A DNA stretch of 64,000 bases, taken from contig OZ076409.1 in NCBI GenBank assembly GCA_964187785.1, positions 72,604,001 to 72,668,000 of the forward strand, written 5' to 3'. The translations under genes were made by a program, and so were the position numbers. Below are positions 22,447-37,945 of the stretch, piece by piece. This DNA is from Amphiscolops sp. MND2022. Its lineage: Eukaryota. The notes beneath the pieces were generated by a model. That model was not told the origin of the DNA. It ran no database searches and worked only from the letters and a program-made list of their open reading frames with translations. Each line of letters opens with the position of its first letter. Positions within the stretch are counted from its first letter, which is position 1.

Positions 22447-24442
22447 GTGCGCGGGGTTATTCCCCCCGTTTGTCCCCGGCCGGCGGGTAGGGTCCTGACG
22501 GCCGTCCTTAATCATGAAGCTTGCTGTTTAGCGCAAAAAGCCCACAAAAACGCCGATTTTAAAAACTAACCATTAGAATTTGTTCGTAGATTGCATGCGG
22601 CCCTAAAATTTGCATACGAATGGAAGTTCCTGCTGACGTTAAGCGATAGAAACATTATAAAAAAAGTTATGGCCAATTTTTGGTCCCCATTAGATGTAAA
22701 AATGATGAAATTTTTCATAAAAGGGCAAATATCTCAAAATGCAATAATTTTTGGACATTGACTGTGAAACAAGCTTGGAACCTTCATTTCGTGGCTGTGG
22801 CATTGCACTGAACACAAAAGATGTAAAGTTTTTACATTTTTTGAAAATTTGACATTTTTGAATTTTTTTTCACTACTATCAGTACCATATATGTCAAAAA
22901 CACCTCAGAAAAAAATTTTTATTTGCTTTAACTTGGAAACCTTGGTATCCATGGTTTCTGTCGGAACCTACTCGGAGCCAAACACTCAACAGTTTCCATC
23001 CAATGTGAAAATAAATTTTTTTTCGAGGTTATAGGTGTATCACAAGGATTTCACAACTTAGTATTAATTTACAAAATGGTCATTTTCAACATCATATTTT
23101 CATCGAGGCATGTCGGATATAGTCCTAATGCTCACGACCGGTCCTACTGGCAACGTATTACCCATTTATAGAAATATAAAGTTTTAAAAAAATATTTTCA
23201 CCCGATCTTCAGTCATTTTTCAGTCATTCGGAACTTAACTTAGAAAAATTTCGACCAAAAAACCCATTTTTGTCAGGTCGAAAATTCAAATTCAGCTTTT
23301 TAAGCAAAATTATTAAATCTGACGTAACCAGTGGGGCCAATGAAACTCAAAACCGCAATAGACACTGGTATCAATGGCTCCAATAACTTATGAGTCGCGA
23401 TAAGACGTTATTTTGAGCAATACGTCTCAATTGAGGTAAACATCTCGCAAGCCAGGGATCACTGTGAAAAGTGATTTCATCAAAAATTTACTCATTTTCG
23501 TCAATCACCATGTGCACAGAATGCGTAGGGTGCGTTTCAGCACTATAATGAGGTTTTTGAAGGCGTCGGGTTGTTCAAGGGGTGGTATGAGACAATTTTT
23601 TCCCATATACTACTGTATTTTCCAAAACTTTTTGCCATTTATCTGGAAAAACTAATTTGACAAAATACTTTCAATTACTTTATTCGAAGGTTACAGTATA
23701 GATGAACCCTGTGGTTGATCAGAAACTTTCATCTCTTTTGTTTTCCGAAATAATTCCCTTCGAATGTGTTACTTTTGTAGCCGGGTAAATAACCGAAACT
23801 GAAAAATACGCAATTTTGCTGAGATAGAATCCTAATGGTTGCACCCAAAATCTCTTTAAATATTTCTAACGCGACCTTACGGACCTAAAATGATTGAAAA
23901 TGTCATTCACAATGCTGACATGTGCTCTTTCTACGATCCTGGCTGGACAAGTGTCGCATATTTTTCAAGTACCTGTTAACTGAATTTTGTGATAGCCTTT
24001 CAAGTTGGCCTTGTGTCAACTTGGGAAGGCTGTCACATCAAAAAACTATCAACAAAATTACGTTTCGTTAATGTAAGAATGCTGTCAATGATTAATTTAG
24101 TGATTCTATCCTACCGTTGGTACCTTCCATCAGATCAGATAACGATTGCATTCAGTCTTTGATAAAAACCTATGAACTCGAATACATTTTTCTGTTTTTT
24201 TTTCTAACAGAAAAGTAAAAAATAATAAATTTTTTATTAATAACACCTTTCAGTACTATTACTTTCACACACAATCGTTACCGTGATCAGCCACACCCAC
24301 CCCGTGCGGCCTCGCCCTGTTAGTAGTGCAACGCCACATATAAACATCAACGCCCACAGTCTGTGGGCATGCCGAGGCATGCCCTTCGACGACGTATGGC
24401 AAATTTAGCGTTGCCCGCACTCTGGAGTGCGGTAGCAGCTAG
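22447..24442 (+). mobile_element. U10, divergent family B short cassette (1996 bp)
   Basis: Unique head GTGCGCGGGGTTATTCCCC and unique tail; same core and CTAG. Confidence 0.6.
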
Positions 24443-27400
24443 GTGGGCGGGGGTAATTCCCCAACAAAAAAATCGGCCGGCGGGTCGGGTCCTGCCGGCC
24501 GTCCAAAATCAAAATCCTCCTAGTAGAAAACGGCATGTCAAACGAGCTATTTTTTTATTTAACCATTAGAATTTCACCATTTTTTGCATGCGGCCCTGAA
24601 ATGGCCATACGAGACGAAGTTCCTGCTGACGTTTTGCGATGTAAATGTTTTATAAAAAGTTATGGCCGATTTGTCATTCACCTAGAAGGGTAAAATGAGG
24701 AAAATTTTAACAAAGTCGCTGATAACTCAAAATGTGTTAATTTTTGGACTTTGACTGTGAAACAAGCTTGGAACCTTCATTTCGTGGCTGTGGCATTGCA
24801 CTGAACGCAAAAGATGTAAAGTTTTTACATTTTTTGAAAATTTGACATTTTTGAAATTTCTTTCACTACTATCAGTATCATATATGTCAAAAACACCTCA
24901 GAAAAAAAATTTTATTTGCTTTAACTTGGAAACCTTGGTATCCATGGTTTCTGTCGGAACCTACTTGCAACCAAACAACCAACAGTTTGCATCCAATGTG
25001 AAAATAAAAACTTTTTCTGGGTCATAAGCGTTTCACAAGGATTTCTCAACTTAGTATTAATTTACAAAATGGTCATTTTGAACACAATATTTTCATCGAG
25101 GCTTGTCGGCTATAGCCTTAATGTTCTAGAACGGTCCCACTGGCAACGTAGGAACCATTTATAGTAATAGAAAGTTTAAAAAAATATATTTTCACCCTGT
25201 CTTCAGTCATTTTTCAGTCATTCGGAACTTAACTTAGAAAAATTTCGACCAAAATACCCATTTTTTGACAGATCGAAAATTCAAATTCAACTTTTTAAGC
25301 AAAATTATTAACTCTGACGTAACCAGTGGGGCTCATGATACTCAAAAACACGATTGGGACTGGTACCAATGGCTCCAATATCATATGAGCCGCGATAAGA
25401 CGTTATTTTGAGCAATACGTCTCAATTGAGGGAAACATCTCGCAAGCCTGGGATCACAGTTAAAAGTGATTTCGTCAAAAATTTACTCTTTTTCGTCTAT
25501 CACTATGTACACAGAGTGCGTAGGGTGAGTTTCAGCACTATAATGCGGTTTTTGAAGGAATCGGTCTGCTCAAGGGGTGGTATGAGACATTTTTTTTTGC
25601 ATGTAGTACTATATTTCCTAAAACTTTTAGCCCATTATCTCGAAAAGCTCACTTCGCAAATTACTTTCAGTTACTCTATTCGAAGCTTAGAATATATATG
25701 AACACTGTGGTTGATCAGAAACTCTTGACTATTTTGTTTTTGGAAAAAAACTGCCTTGCATGTGTTACATTAGTGGCAGGAAAAATACCAGTAGCTCCAA
25801 AAATCACAATTTTGGACGGACAGACCTGCAATGATGCAAAGCAAAAACGTTTCAACAACTTCTGGCGCCACTTTTTTTACCCAAGAGGTTCGAAATTACT
25901 ATTAACAATGCTGACATTCGCTATATATAAGATCGAGGACAATTTACTAACACTTAGGTTATACATTTATATCTGAGAAACCATTCTTTGTCAGGTCGCA
26001 ATTTTAAATTTAGTTTGGGAAGCAATACTTTTCACTCTGAAGCAAACCGTTGGGCCCAAATTACTCAAAAACTACAAAAAGACTGTCACCAAATGCCCTA
26101 ATAGCATATGAGATTCGACCGTATGTTTTTAACACAAAAACTCTCATCCGAAGTAAACATGTTGAAAGCCTTGAATCACCGTGAGAAATGATTTCATCAA
26201 AAATATCCCTTTTTCGTCAATCTTTATCTACACAGAACACGTTGTGTCATTTTCAGCCGTGAAATGAGCTTCTACCGTAATATGGGTTGCTCAAGGTGTT
26301 GTATAAGACAAAAACTTCCTCTTTTCTACTATCTTCTTCAAATATTTCAACCCTTTGTCACAAGAAGTTAATATTCAAAATCTCTTTGAAATGTTTCTTT
26401 AGGTTGGTGTGAAGTGTTAGAACAATAATTAAGATCGAAGAATGATAGTATTGGTGTTTGGACCATGTCCGGATGAACAAATTGCAAAATCATGAAAAAT
26501 TTCTTACCATTTTTGGTCATTTTGTCAGTACTAAAAATGTTAGCTGAAAAAGAATTTTTTTGATGGCACCATTGGATTCCTCTCAAAAAGTTAGCTATAT
26601 GAACTGTGTAATAACCCCGTATCTTTTCAATTTAAATAATTTTAAAAAGCAAACTTTTTTGACTAAAATCCTAAAAATCATACCATTTCCTAAAAAATTT
26701 CAAATGCCCCCCATTCGACGTATAAGAATAGCACAGAAAACTATCACATACCGATCGACTCTACTTCCATTGTAGATTACCAGAATTTTGTTTAGAACAA
26801 TTTTTGACGGATGCAAAAAAATTTAAACCCTCCAAAAAAGGGCCAAAATTACACGAAAAAATTGACCTTAAAATTTTAAAATGTCGAAAAATCATCAAAA
26901 CCACAGCTTCTTGGGGTTCTATCAACTCCACGTGGTCCACAGAGTATGTTAAAACAAGTTTTACCCGTATTTGAGCAATATGTGAAAAAGCCGACTTTTT
27001 TGGGAATGAAAAACATACCATTTCCTAAAAAATTTCAAACGCACCCCATTTGACGTATAAGAATAGCACAGAAAACTATCACATACCGATCGACTCTACT
27101 TCCATTGTAGGTTACCAGAATCTTGTTTAGAACATTTGTTGACGGATGCAAAAAAAAATAAAACCCTCCAAAAATGGGCCAAAATTACACGAAAAAATTG
27201 ACCTTAAATTTTTAAAATGTCAAAAAATCATCAAAACCACAGCTTCTTGGGGTTCTATCAACTCCACGTGGTCCACAGAGTATGCTAAAACAGGTTTTAC
27301 CTGTTTCTGAGCTATATGTGAAAAAACCGACATTTTGGGGAAGAAAAACATACCATTTCCTAAAAAATTTCAAATTCACGCCATTTGCCGTATGAGAATA

Positions 27401-29205
27401 GCACAGAAAACTATCACATACCGATCAACTCTACTTCTATTGTAGATTATCAGATTTTTGTTTAGAACAAATTTTTATGGATATAAAAAATTTTTAAACC
27501 CTCCAAAAATGAGCCAAAATAACACGAAAAAATGGACCCTAAATTTTTAAAATGTCAAAAAATTATCCAAACCACAGCTTCTTGGGGTTCTATCAGCTCC
27601 ACGTGGTCCACAGAGTATGCTAAAACAGGTTTTGCCCGTTTTTGAGCAGTATATGAAAAAGCCGACATTTTTGGGGAAGAAAAACATACCATTTCCTAAA
27701 TAATTTCAAATGCAGGCAATTTGCCGTATGAGAGTAGCACAGAAAACTATCACACACCGATCAACTCTACTTCTTTTGTAGATTATCAGAATTATGTTTA
27801 GAGTAAAGTTTTATGGATATGAAAAATTTTTATACCCTCCAAAAATGGGCCAAAATGACACGAAAAAATTGACCTCAAATTTTTAAAATGTCAAAAAATT
27901 ATCCAAACCACAGCGTCTTGGCGTTCTATCAACTCCAAATGACCTTCAGAGTATACCAAACCAGGTATTGCCAATCTTTTGAGCAATATTTAAAAACACC
28001 GACTATTTGGCAAGAACACCATAATATGTTCCATATAAGAAGTGAATCATTCCACATATATACCCGGTCTAATATTTTCAAATTAGCGATAACATTAATA
28101 CATGATGTTTTTTGAAAGTGAGCTTCATAAGAGGTTGAGATGTAATAATACGTAAATGGACCCTAAGTTTCATTGAAATCTCAATGGAATACGTCCAATC
28201 AACTTCAATCCTAACTATTATATAACAAGAAACACTTGAGTACATTCCATCTCCCCATCGGGGGAGATGAGAATGTACTTTTCAAAAGCCAAAATTTTCG
28301 AATTTTAAATCTTTTGTAACATTGTATGTAACTGTTGAAACGATGAACGAATAAAAATGCTTCTAGTACCTTCATCAATTTTTGCTTCAGCTCCTATTTC
28401 TGCAGAACAAAACCAAAAGACACACTTACAGCAGTTAAGTTCGATTGTATAACTCAGTGAATAAAGGTATGACTGAGGAAGTTCACAAGTTGTTTCAAAA
28501 GTTTCCGGCCTTCCAAAATCATGAAACGTCCACACAACCAAGATAGCAAGTGAAAGAATGCTGAATGCACCTTATTAGATGAGATAAATAACGTGTGGAA
28601 CTTGCCATTATCTTAAGATGACGTTGATTTATGATCTTTTAAGGATAGTTCGATATGTGACCACAATAGTGGAAAACTTATTACTATTTGAAGAACACCG
28701 TGGAAAGCGTTCAGAAAGGACAGTATATTTGTTTCGAGCATGCATGCGTGTGTTCCTTTGGTGACGTTAGCTTAGTGTACATGACGGAGGTATTCGAGAG
28801 ATTATGATAGAGTTTACTCACAAGTCTTTGTTTTTTAAAACTTTCTATGCCGTTGAGTACATTCGTAAGGTACATCCATCCCCTTCTCTGGGAATGTACG
28901 TTTGCCAAATGACTGTCATCCAAAATTCGTAATCCGGACGAGTTTAACTACATAAACATGTGATGAGCGTTTTCTATTCAAAACCGAATAACTTTTTTTT
29001 TCTCGAAAATGATGATGGTTTTGATTTTGATGTCTTCTACTTTTATCATCATGCAAACGACCTTACCATGTCTCTCTTCTGTCGTCATTTGTACAACGCC
29101 ACATAGCGTTCCGACGCCCACCGTCTGTGGGCATGCCGAGGCATGCCCTTCGACGACGTATGCCAAATGAGCCATACCCGCACTCTGGAGTGCGGTAGCG
29201 GCTAG
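24443..29205 (+). mobile_element. U11, long cassette (4763 bp)
   Basis: Head B3; four ~336-bp repeats; essentially identical to U19. Confidence 0.6.
26679..28019 (+). repeat. Internal tandem repeat, 4 x ~336 bp (U11)
   Basis: Copies start at 26679, 27014, 27349 and 27685. Confidence 0.95.
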
Positions 29206-32200
29206 GTGGGCGGGGGTAATTCCCCAACAAAAAAATCGGCCGGCGGGTCGGGTCCTGCCGGCCGTCCAAAATCAAAATCCTCCTAGTAGAAAACGGCCGG
29301 TCAAACGAGCTATTTTTTTATTTAACCGTTAGAATTTGGGTTTAGATTGCATGCGGCCATGAAATGGCCATACGAATGGAAGTTCCTGCTGACGTTTTGC
29401 GATTGAAACACTTTATAAAAAGTTATGGCCAATTTGTCATTCACCTAGAAGGGCAAAATGAGGAAAATTTTAACAAAGTCACTGATAACTCAAAATGTAA
29501 TAATTTTTGGACTTTGACAGTGAAACAAGCTTGGAACTGTCATTTCGTGGCTGTGGCATTGCACTGAACACAAAAGATGTAAAGTTTTCACATTTTTTGA
29601 AAATTCGACATTTTTGAATTTTTTTTCACTACTATCAGTACACTATATGTCAAAAACGCCTCTGAAAAAAATTTTTAATTGCTTAAAATTAGAAACCTTG
29701 GTATCCATGGTTTCCGTCAGTACCTACTCGCTGCCAAACGCTCAACAGTTTGCATCCAATGTGAAAATATAATTTTTTTCGAGGTCATAGGTGTTTCACA
29801 AGGATTTCTCAACTTAGTATCTATTTACAAATTGGTCATTTTGAACACATTATTTTCATCGAAGCGTGTCAGATACCACCCTAATGCTCACGAATGGGCC
29901 TACTGGCAACGTTGGAACCATTTTTAGTAATAGAAAGTATTAAAAAAAATATTTTCACCCGGTCTTCAGTCATTTTTCAGACATTCGGTACTTAACTTAG
30001 AAAAATTTCGCATCAAAAACCCATATTTGGTAGGGTCGAAATTTGAAATTCAGTTTTTTATGCAAAATTATTAACTCTGACGTAACCAGTGGAGCCCATG
30101 ATACTCAAAAACACGATTGGGACTGGTATCAGTGGCTCCAATAACATATGAGCCGCGATAAGACGTTATTCAGAGCAAACGCTCTAAATCGAAGTAAACA
30201 TCTCTGAAGCCTGGGATCACAGTGAAATGTGATATCACCAAAAGTTTACTCTTTTTTGTCAATCACTATGTACACAGAGTGCGTAGGGTGAGTTTCAGGA
30301 CTATAATGAGGTTTTTGAAGTAATCGCGCTGCTCAAGGGGTGGTATGAGACTATTTTTTCCCAAATATACTACTACATTTCCATAAATTTGCAGTCCATT
30401 GTCTTGGAAAGATAACTTCACAAAAACAATTTTTCTACTCTATTCAGTTATTAGAATAAAGTTGAACACTGTGGTTGATCAGAAATGCTCAATTCTTTTG
30501 GTTTTTAAAAAATTTCCTTCGCATTCGTTACATTTGTGGAAGGAAGGTTATCAGTAGCTCCAAAAAAACGAAATTTAGCACGAACAGACATGCAACGATG
30601 CAAAGCAAAAACGTTTTTACAACTTCCGACGTCATTATTTTACCCAAGAAGTTCGAAAATATCATTCGCAATGCTGTCATTCGCTATATATACGATCGCG
30701 GTCAATTTACAAACATTTAGATTTCATTGTTCTGCTTGAAAACCAATTTTTGTCAGGTCGAAATTTTAAATTTTGCCTGGGGAGCAATACCCTTCACGCT
30801 GAAGTAAACAGTGGGGGCCAAGTTACTCAAAAACAAGAAAGAGACTGCTACAATATGTCCTAATAACATATGGACCACGATAGTACGTTTTTCACACAAA
30901 AAACTCTCATCCGAAGTAAATATGTTGAAAGCTTTTAATCACCGTGAGAAGTGATTTCATCAAAAAATAACTCTTTTTTGTCAATCACTATTTACACAGA
31001 ATTTGTAAAGTTAGTTTGAGTCATGAAATGACGCTTTACCGTAATATGGGTTGCTCAAGGTGTTATATAAGACAAAAACTTCCTCTTTTCTACTAGCTTC
31101 TTCAAATATTTCAACCCTTTGTCACAATAAGTTAATATTCAAAATCTCTTTGAAATGTATCTTTATGTTGGGGTGAAGTCTAAGAACAATAACTATGATC
31201 GAAGAATGCTAGTACTGGTGTTTGAACCATGTCCGGATGAACAAATCACAAAATCATCAAAAAATTGTTCCCTTTTTTGGTTATTTTGGCAGTACTAAAA
31301 ATGTTAGCCGATAAATAATTTTTTCGATGGCACCATTGGATTCCTCTCAAAAAGTTGGTTATATGACCTGTGTAATAACCCCGTATCTTTTCAATTTAAA
31401 TATATTTAAAAAGCCAACTATTTTGACCAAAATCCTAAAAATCATACCATTTCCTAAAAATTTTCAAATGCACCCCATTTGACGTATAAGATAAGCACAG
31501 AAAACTATCATATACCGATCAACTCTACTCCTATTGTAGATTATTAGAATTTTGTTTAGAATGAATTTTGATGAATATTAAAAAAATTTTGAACCCTCCA
31601 AAAATGGGCCAAAATTACACGAAAAAATTGACCTTAAAATACCAAAATGTCAAAAAATCATCAAAACCCAGGCTTCTTGGGGTTCTATCAACTCCGCGTG
31701 GTCCACAGAGTATGCTAAAACAGGTTTTACCCGTTTTTGAGCAATGTGTGAAAAAACCGACATTTTTGGGAAAGAAAAACATACCATTTCCTTAAAAAAT
31801 TCAAATGCACGTCATTTGCCGTATTAGAATAGCACAGAAAACTATCACATACCAATCAACTCTACTTTCATTGCAGATGAACAGAATTTTGTTTAGAATA
31901 AATTTTACCGGATAATAAAAAAATTTGAATCCTTCAAAAATGGGCCAAAAATACACGAAAAAATGGACCTTAAAAATTTAAAATGTCAAAAAATCATCAA
32001 AACAACATCTTCTTGGGGTTCTATCAACTCCACGAGGTCCACAGAGTATGCTAAAACAGGTTTTACCCGTTTTTGAGCAATATGTGAAAAAGCCGACATT
32101 TTTGGGAAAGAAAAACATACCATTTCCTAAAAAAATTCAAATGCACGCCATTTGCCGTATGAAAATAGCACAGAAAACTATCACATACCAATCAACTCTA

Positions 32201-33971
32201 CTTTCATTGCAGATGAACAGAATTTTGTTTAGAATAAACTTTACCGGATAATAAAAAAAATTGATTCCTTCTAAAATGGGCCAAAATTACACGAAAAAAT
32301 GGACCTTAAAATTTTAAAATGTCAAAAAATCATCAAAACCACGGCTTCTTGGGGTTCTATCAACTCCACGTGGTCCACAGAGTATGCTTAACCCGGTTTT
32401 ACCCATCTTTGAGCAAAATGTGAAAATACCGACATTTTTGGAAAAGAAAAACATGCCATTTTCTAATAAATTTCAAATGCACGCCATTTGCTGTATGAGA
32501 ATAACACAGAAAGTTGTCACATACCGATCAACTCTACTTCCATTGTAGATTATCAGAAGTTTGTTTAGAATAAATTTTGAAGGATAATAAAAAAATTTGA
32601 ATCCATCAAAAATGGGCCAAAATTACACGAAAAAATTGACCTTAAAATATCAAAATATCAAAAAATCATCAAAACCACAATTTCTTGGCGTTCTATCAAC
32701 TCCATATGATACCAAACCAGGTACTGCCAATCGTTTGAGTTATAATAAAAAAAAACGTCTTTTTTGGCAAGAATTCCATACCATAAATAATAATCATGTT
32801 CCATATAAGAAGCGAATCATTTGAGATATATACCCTGTTCATTTTTTTAATATTACCGATTATTAATTTAATAGATGTTTTGAATGTGAGCTTCCTAAAA
32901 GGTTCAGGTGTGATGATACGTAAATAGAACCTTAGTTTCATCGAAATCTCAATTGAATATGTCCAATCTTAACCATCAGATAACAAGAAACACTTAAGTA
33001 CATTGCATCTCCCCATCGGGGGAGATGAGAATGTACTTTCGAGAAGCCAAATACGTCCAACATTCAAACTTTTGTAACTTTGTATGTAACTCCTGAAACG
33101 AAGAAGGAATAAAATTGTTTCTGGTACATACATGAGTCTTTACTTCAGCTTCTATTTCTGCTGAACAAAACCATTCGACTCTTTTGCCGGAGTTAAGATC
33201 GATTGTTTTACCCAGTGAACAAAGGCATGACTGAAAACGTTTACTACTTTGTTCATAATTTTCCGGCCTTCCGAAATGATGAAACGTCCACATAACTAAG
33301 ATAGCAAGTGAATGACTGCGAAATGCACCTTATTAGATGAGGTTAATAACGTGTAAAACTCTCCTTTATCCTAACATGAGGTTGAGTAATGATCATTTGA
33401 GAATAGTTTGATATGTGAATACAATAGTATAAAACAAGTACATTTTATATGAATAACGCCGTGGAAAGCGTTCAGAAAGGACAGTAGGCTTGTTTGGAAC
33501 ATGTATGTGTGGTGTCCCTTGGTGGCGTTCGCTTAGTGTATATGTCGAGGGGTATTCGAGTTGTTATGATAGAATTTACACACAAGTCTTTTGTTTTTTG
33601 GTTTTTTTTACAATGTCGTTAAGTACCTGCATTCTATCCCCTTCTCAGAGATGATGTGAAGTTACGTTTGCTAAATAAATGTCATCGAAAGATCACACTC
33701 CCGACGAAATTAACTATCTTAACACGTGTTTAGAATTTTAAATAAACAACCGTATAACATTTTTATATTTCATTGAGTTTGATGAAGTCTTTTGTTCTTC
33801 TCACTACTATTTCAACCAATACACATATCCGTTACCATATCACATGTCTCCATTAGTACAACGCCACATAGCGTTCCGACGCCCACAGTCTGTGGGCATG
33901 CCGAGGCATGCCCTTCGACGACGTATGGCAAATGGAGCCATGCCCGCCGTCTTTACGGCGGTAGCGGCTAG
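29206..33971 (+). mobile_element. U12, long cassette (4766 bp)
   Basis: Same layout as U7 and U11 but visibly diverged; terminal hairpin CCGCCGT-CTTT-ACGGCGG. Confidence 0.6.
31443..32780 (+). repeat. Internal tandem repeat, 4 x ~336 bp (U12)
   Basis: Copies start at 31443, 31780, 32116 and 32452. Confidence 0.95.
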
Positions 33972-35955
33972 GTGGGCGGGGGTAATTCCCCAACAAAAAT
34001 TACGGCCGGCGGGTTGGGTCCTGCCGGACGTCAAATAGCAAAGAATATCTAGTAGGAAACGGCGACACAGAATCGCGATTTTTAAATCTAACCACAATTT
34101 TTTGGACTTGGAGTGCATGCGGCCCTGAAATGCCCATACGAATCGAAGTTCCTGCTGACGTTAAGCGATTGAAATAATGTATAAAAAGTTATGGCCCATT
34201 TTTCACTCACATCGAGGGGTAAAATGAGGAAATTTTTAACAAAGTCGCTGATAACTCAAAATGTGTTAATTTTTGGACATTGACTGTGAAACAAGCTTGG
34301 AACCTTCATTTCGTGGCTGTGGCATTGCACTGAACACAAAAGATGTAAAGTTTTTACATTTTTTGAAAATTCGAAATTTTTGAAATTTTTTTCACTACTA
34401 TCAGTACCCCATATGTCAAAAACGCCTCAGAAAAAAATTTTTAATTGCATTAAATTGGAAACCTTGGTATCCATGGTTTCTGTCGGAACCTACTCGCAGC
34501 GAAACACCCAACAGTTTGCATCCAATGTGAAAATAAAATTTTTTTCAGGGTCATAAGCGTTTCACAAGAATTTCTTAACTTAGTATTAATTTACAAAATG
34601 GTCATTTTGAACACAATATTTTCATCGAGGCTTGTCGGCTATAGCCTTAATGTTCTAGAACGGTCCCACTGGCAACGTAGGAACCATTTATAGTAATAGA
34701 AAGTTTTAAAAAAATATTTTCACCCGGTCTTCAGTCATTTTTCAGTCATCTGGAACTTAACTTAGAAAAATTTCGACCAAAATACCCATTTTTTGTCAGG
34801 TCGAAATTTCAAATTCAGATTTTCAAGCAAAATTATTAACTCTGACGTAACCCATGGGGCCCATGATACTCAAAACAACGATTGACACTGGTATCAATGG
34901 CTCCAATAACATATGAGTCGCGATAAGACGTTATTTTGAGCATTACGTCTCAATTGAGGTAAAGATCTCGCAAGCCAGCGATCACTGTGAAATGTGATTT
35001 CATCAAAAATTTACTCTTTTTTGTCAATCACTATGTGCACAGAATGCGTAGGGTGCGTTTCAGCACTATAATGAGGTTTTTGAAGGCATCGAGTTGCTCA
35101 AGGGGTGGTATGAGACATTTTTGTCCCATATACTACTGTATTTTCCAAAATTTTTAGCCCAATATCTGGAAATACAAACTTGACAAAATACTTTCAACTA
35201 CTTTATTCAAAGGTTACAATATAGATGAACACTGTGGTTGATCAGAAACTTTCATCTCTTTCGTTTTCCGAAATATTTCCCTTCGCATTTGTTACATTTG
35301 TAGCAGAAAAAAAATCGAAACTGAAAAATACGCGATTTTGCTAATATGGAATCGCAATGATTGTGCCTAAAAACTTTTTAAATACTTCTAACGCAACTGT
35401 ACAGACCCAAAATGATTGAAAATGCCATTCACAATGCTGACATGTGCTCTTTCTACGATCCTAACTGGACAAGTTTTGCATATTTTTCAAGTACCTGTTA
35501 ACTGAATCTCGTGATAGCCTTTTAAGTTGGCCTTGTGTCAACTTGGGAAGGCTATCACATCAAAAAATTTTCAACAAAAATACCTTTTGTTTATTGGAAA
35601 TGACAGTCGATATATAATTTCGTGATTCTATACTACCGTTAGTACCTTCCATTAAGTCACCTGACGATTGCATTCAGTCTTTGATAAATACCTATGAACT
35701 CGAAGTCATATTTATAATTTTTGTGCTAAAAATAAACATCAAAATTATCCAATTTATTTAAAATTGAGTCTTTACCGTTTTTGTTTTACTTTTTCTACTG
35801 TTATTAGGCCCATCAACTTCCTACAGCCACGCTCTCTGTCATACTGTACAACGCCACATAGTGTTGCGACGTGCACGGTCTGTGGGCATGCCGAGGCATG
35901 CCCTTCGACGACGTATGCCGAATACCGCGGGCCTACGCCCGCGCTCCCCGGCTAG
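33972..35955 (+). mobile_element. U13, family B short cassette (1984 bp, head B1)
   Basis: Bounded by CTAG|GTG junctions; homologous to U2 and U4. Confidence 0.6.
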
Positions 35956-37945
35956 GTGGGCGGGGGTAATTCCCCAACAAAAAAATCGGCCGGCGGGTCG
36001 GGTCCTGCCGGCCGTCCAAAATCAAAATCCTCCTAGTAGAAAACGGCATGTCAAACGAGCTATTTTTTTATTTAACCATACGAATTTCACCATTTTTTGC
36101 ATGCGGCCCTGAAATGGCCATACGAGACGAAGTTCCTGCTGACGTTTTGCGATGTAAATGTTTTATTAAAAGTTATGGCCTATTTGTCATTCACCTAGAA
36201 GGGTAAAATGAGGAAAATTTTAACAAAGTCGCTGATAACTCAAAATGTGTTAATTTTTGGACTTTGACTGTGAAACAAGCTTGGAACCTTCATTTCGTGG
36301 CTGGGGCATTGGACTGAACACAAAAGATGTAAAGTTTTTACGTTTTTTGAAAATTCGACATTTTTGAAATTTTTTTCACTACTATCAGTACCCCATATGT
36401 CAAAAACACCTCAGAAAAAAATTTTTATTTGCTTTAAATTGGAAACCTTGGTATCCATGGTTTCTGTCGGAACCTACTCGCAGCCAAACACCCAACAGTT
36501 TGCATCCAATGTGAAAATAAAAAATTTTTCGGGGTCATAAGCGTTTCACAAGGATTTCTCAACTTAGTATTAATTTACAAAATGGTCATTTTGAACATAA
36601 TATTTTCATCGAGGCTTGTCGGCTATAGCCTTAATGTTCTAGAACGGTCCCACTGGCAACGTAGCAACCATTTATAGTAATATAAAAGGTTAAAAAAAAA
36701 TTTTCACCCGGTCTTCAGTCATTTTTCAGACATTCGGAACATAACTTAGAAAATTTTCGACCCAAATACCCATTTTTTGTCAGGTCGAAAATTAAAATTC
36801 AGCTATTAAAGCAAAATTATTTACTCTGACGTAACCAATGGGGCCCATGATACTCAAAACCACCATTGGCACTGGTACCAATGGCTCCAATAACATATGA
36901 GTCGCGATAAGACGTTATTTTGAGCAATACGTCTCAATTGAGGTAAAGATCTCGCAAGCCAGCGATCACTGTGAAATGTGATTTCATCAAAAATTTACTC
37001 ATTTTTGTCAATAACTATGTGCACAGAGTGTGTAGGGTGAGTTCCAGCACTATAATGAGGTTTTTGAAGGCATCGGGTTGCTCAAGGGGTGGTATGAGAT
37101 ATTTTTTTTCCTATATACTACTGTGTTTTCCAAAACTTTTAGCCCATTATCAGGAAAAAAAAATTTGACAAAATACTTTCAACTACTTTATTCAAAGGTT
37201 ACAATATAGATGAACACTGTGGTTGATCAGAAACTTTCATCTCTTTCGTTTTCCGAAATAATTCCCTTCGAATGTGTTACATTTGTAGCCGGAAAAAAAA
37301 CCGAAACTAAAAAATACGCGATTTTGCTGAGATAGAACCGGGATAATTGTGTCTAAATACTCTTTAAATACTTCTAACGCGACCTTACGGACCCAAAAGG
37401 ATTAAAAATGCCACTCACAATGCTGACATGTGCTCTTTCGACGATCCTGGCTGGACAAGTTTTGCAAATTTTTCAAGTACCTGTTAACTGAATTTTGTGA
37501 TAGCCTTTTAAGTTGGCCTTGTGTCAACTTGGGAAGGCTATCACATCAAAAAACTTTCAACAAAATTACTTTTTGTTTATTGGATATTGCTGTCGATACC
37601 TTTTTTTGTGATTCTATACTACCGTTAGTATATTCCATCAGGTCACCAGACGATTGTATTCAGTATTTGATAAAAACTTATGAACTCGAAGTCTTTTTCA
37701 TATGTTTCTTGTTCAAAAAAATTATCAAAAAAATTTATATTATAAACAATTGAGTCTTTAACTTTTTTATTTCCCAATTTTCCAGTTTTATTAGGCTCAT
37801 CAACTTCCTACTGCCACATCCAGACATTAGTACAACGCCACAAATTGTTGCGACGTCCACCGTCTGTGGGCATGCCGAGGCATGCCCTTCGACGACGTAT
37901 GCCAAAAATAGCGCCCTCCGCGGTCACTACCGCGGTAGCAGCTAG
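35956..37945 (+). mobile_element. U14, family B short cassette, subtype B3 (1990 bp)
   Basis: Head ...GGCCGTCCAAAATCAAAATCC; near-identical to U22. Confidence 0.6.
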
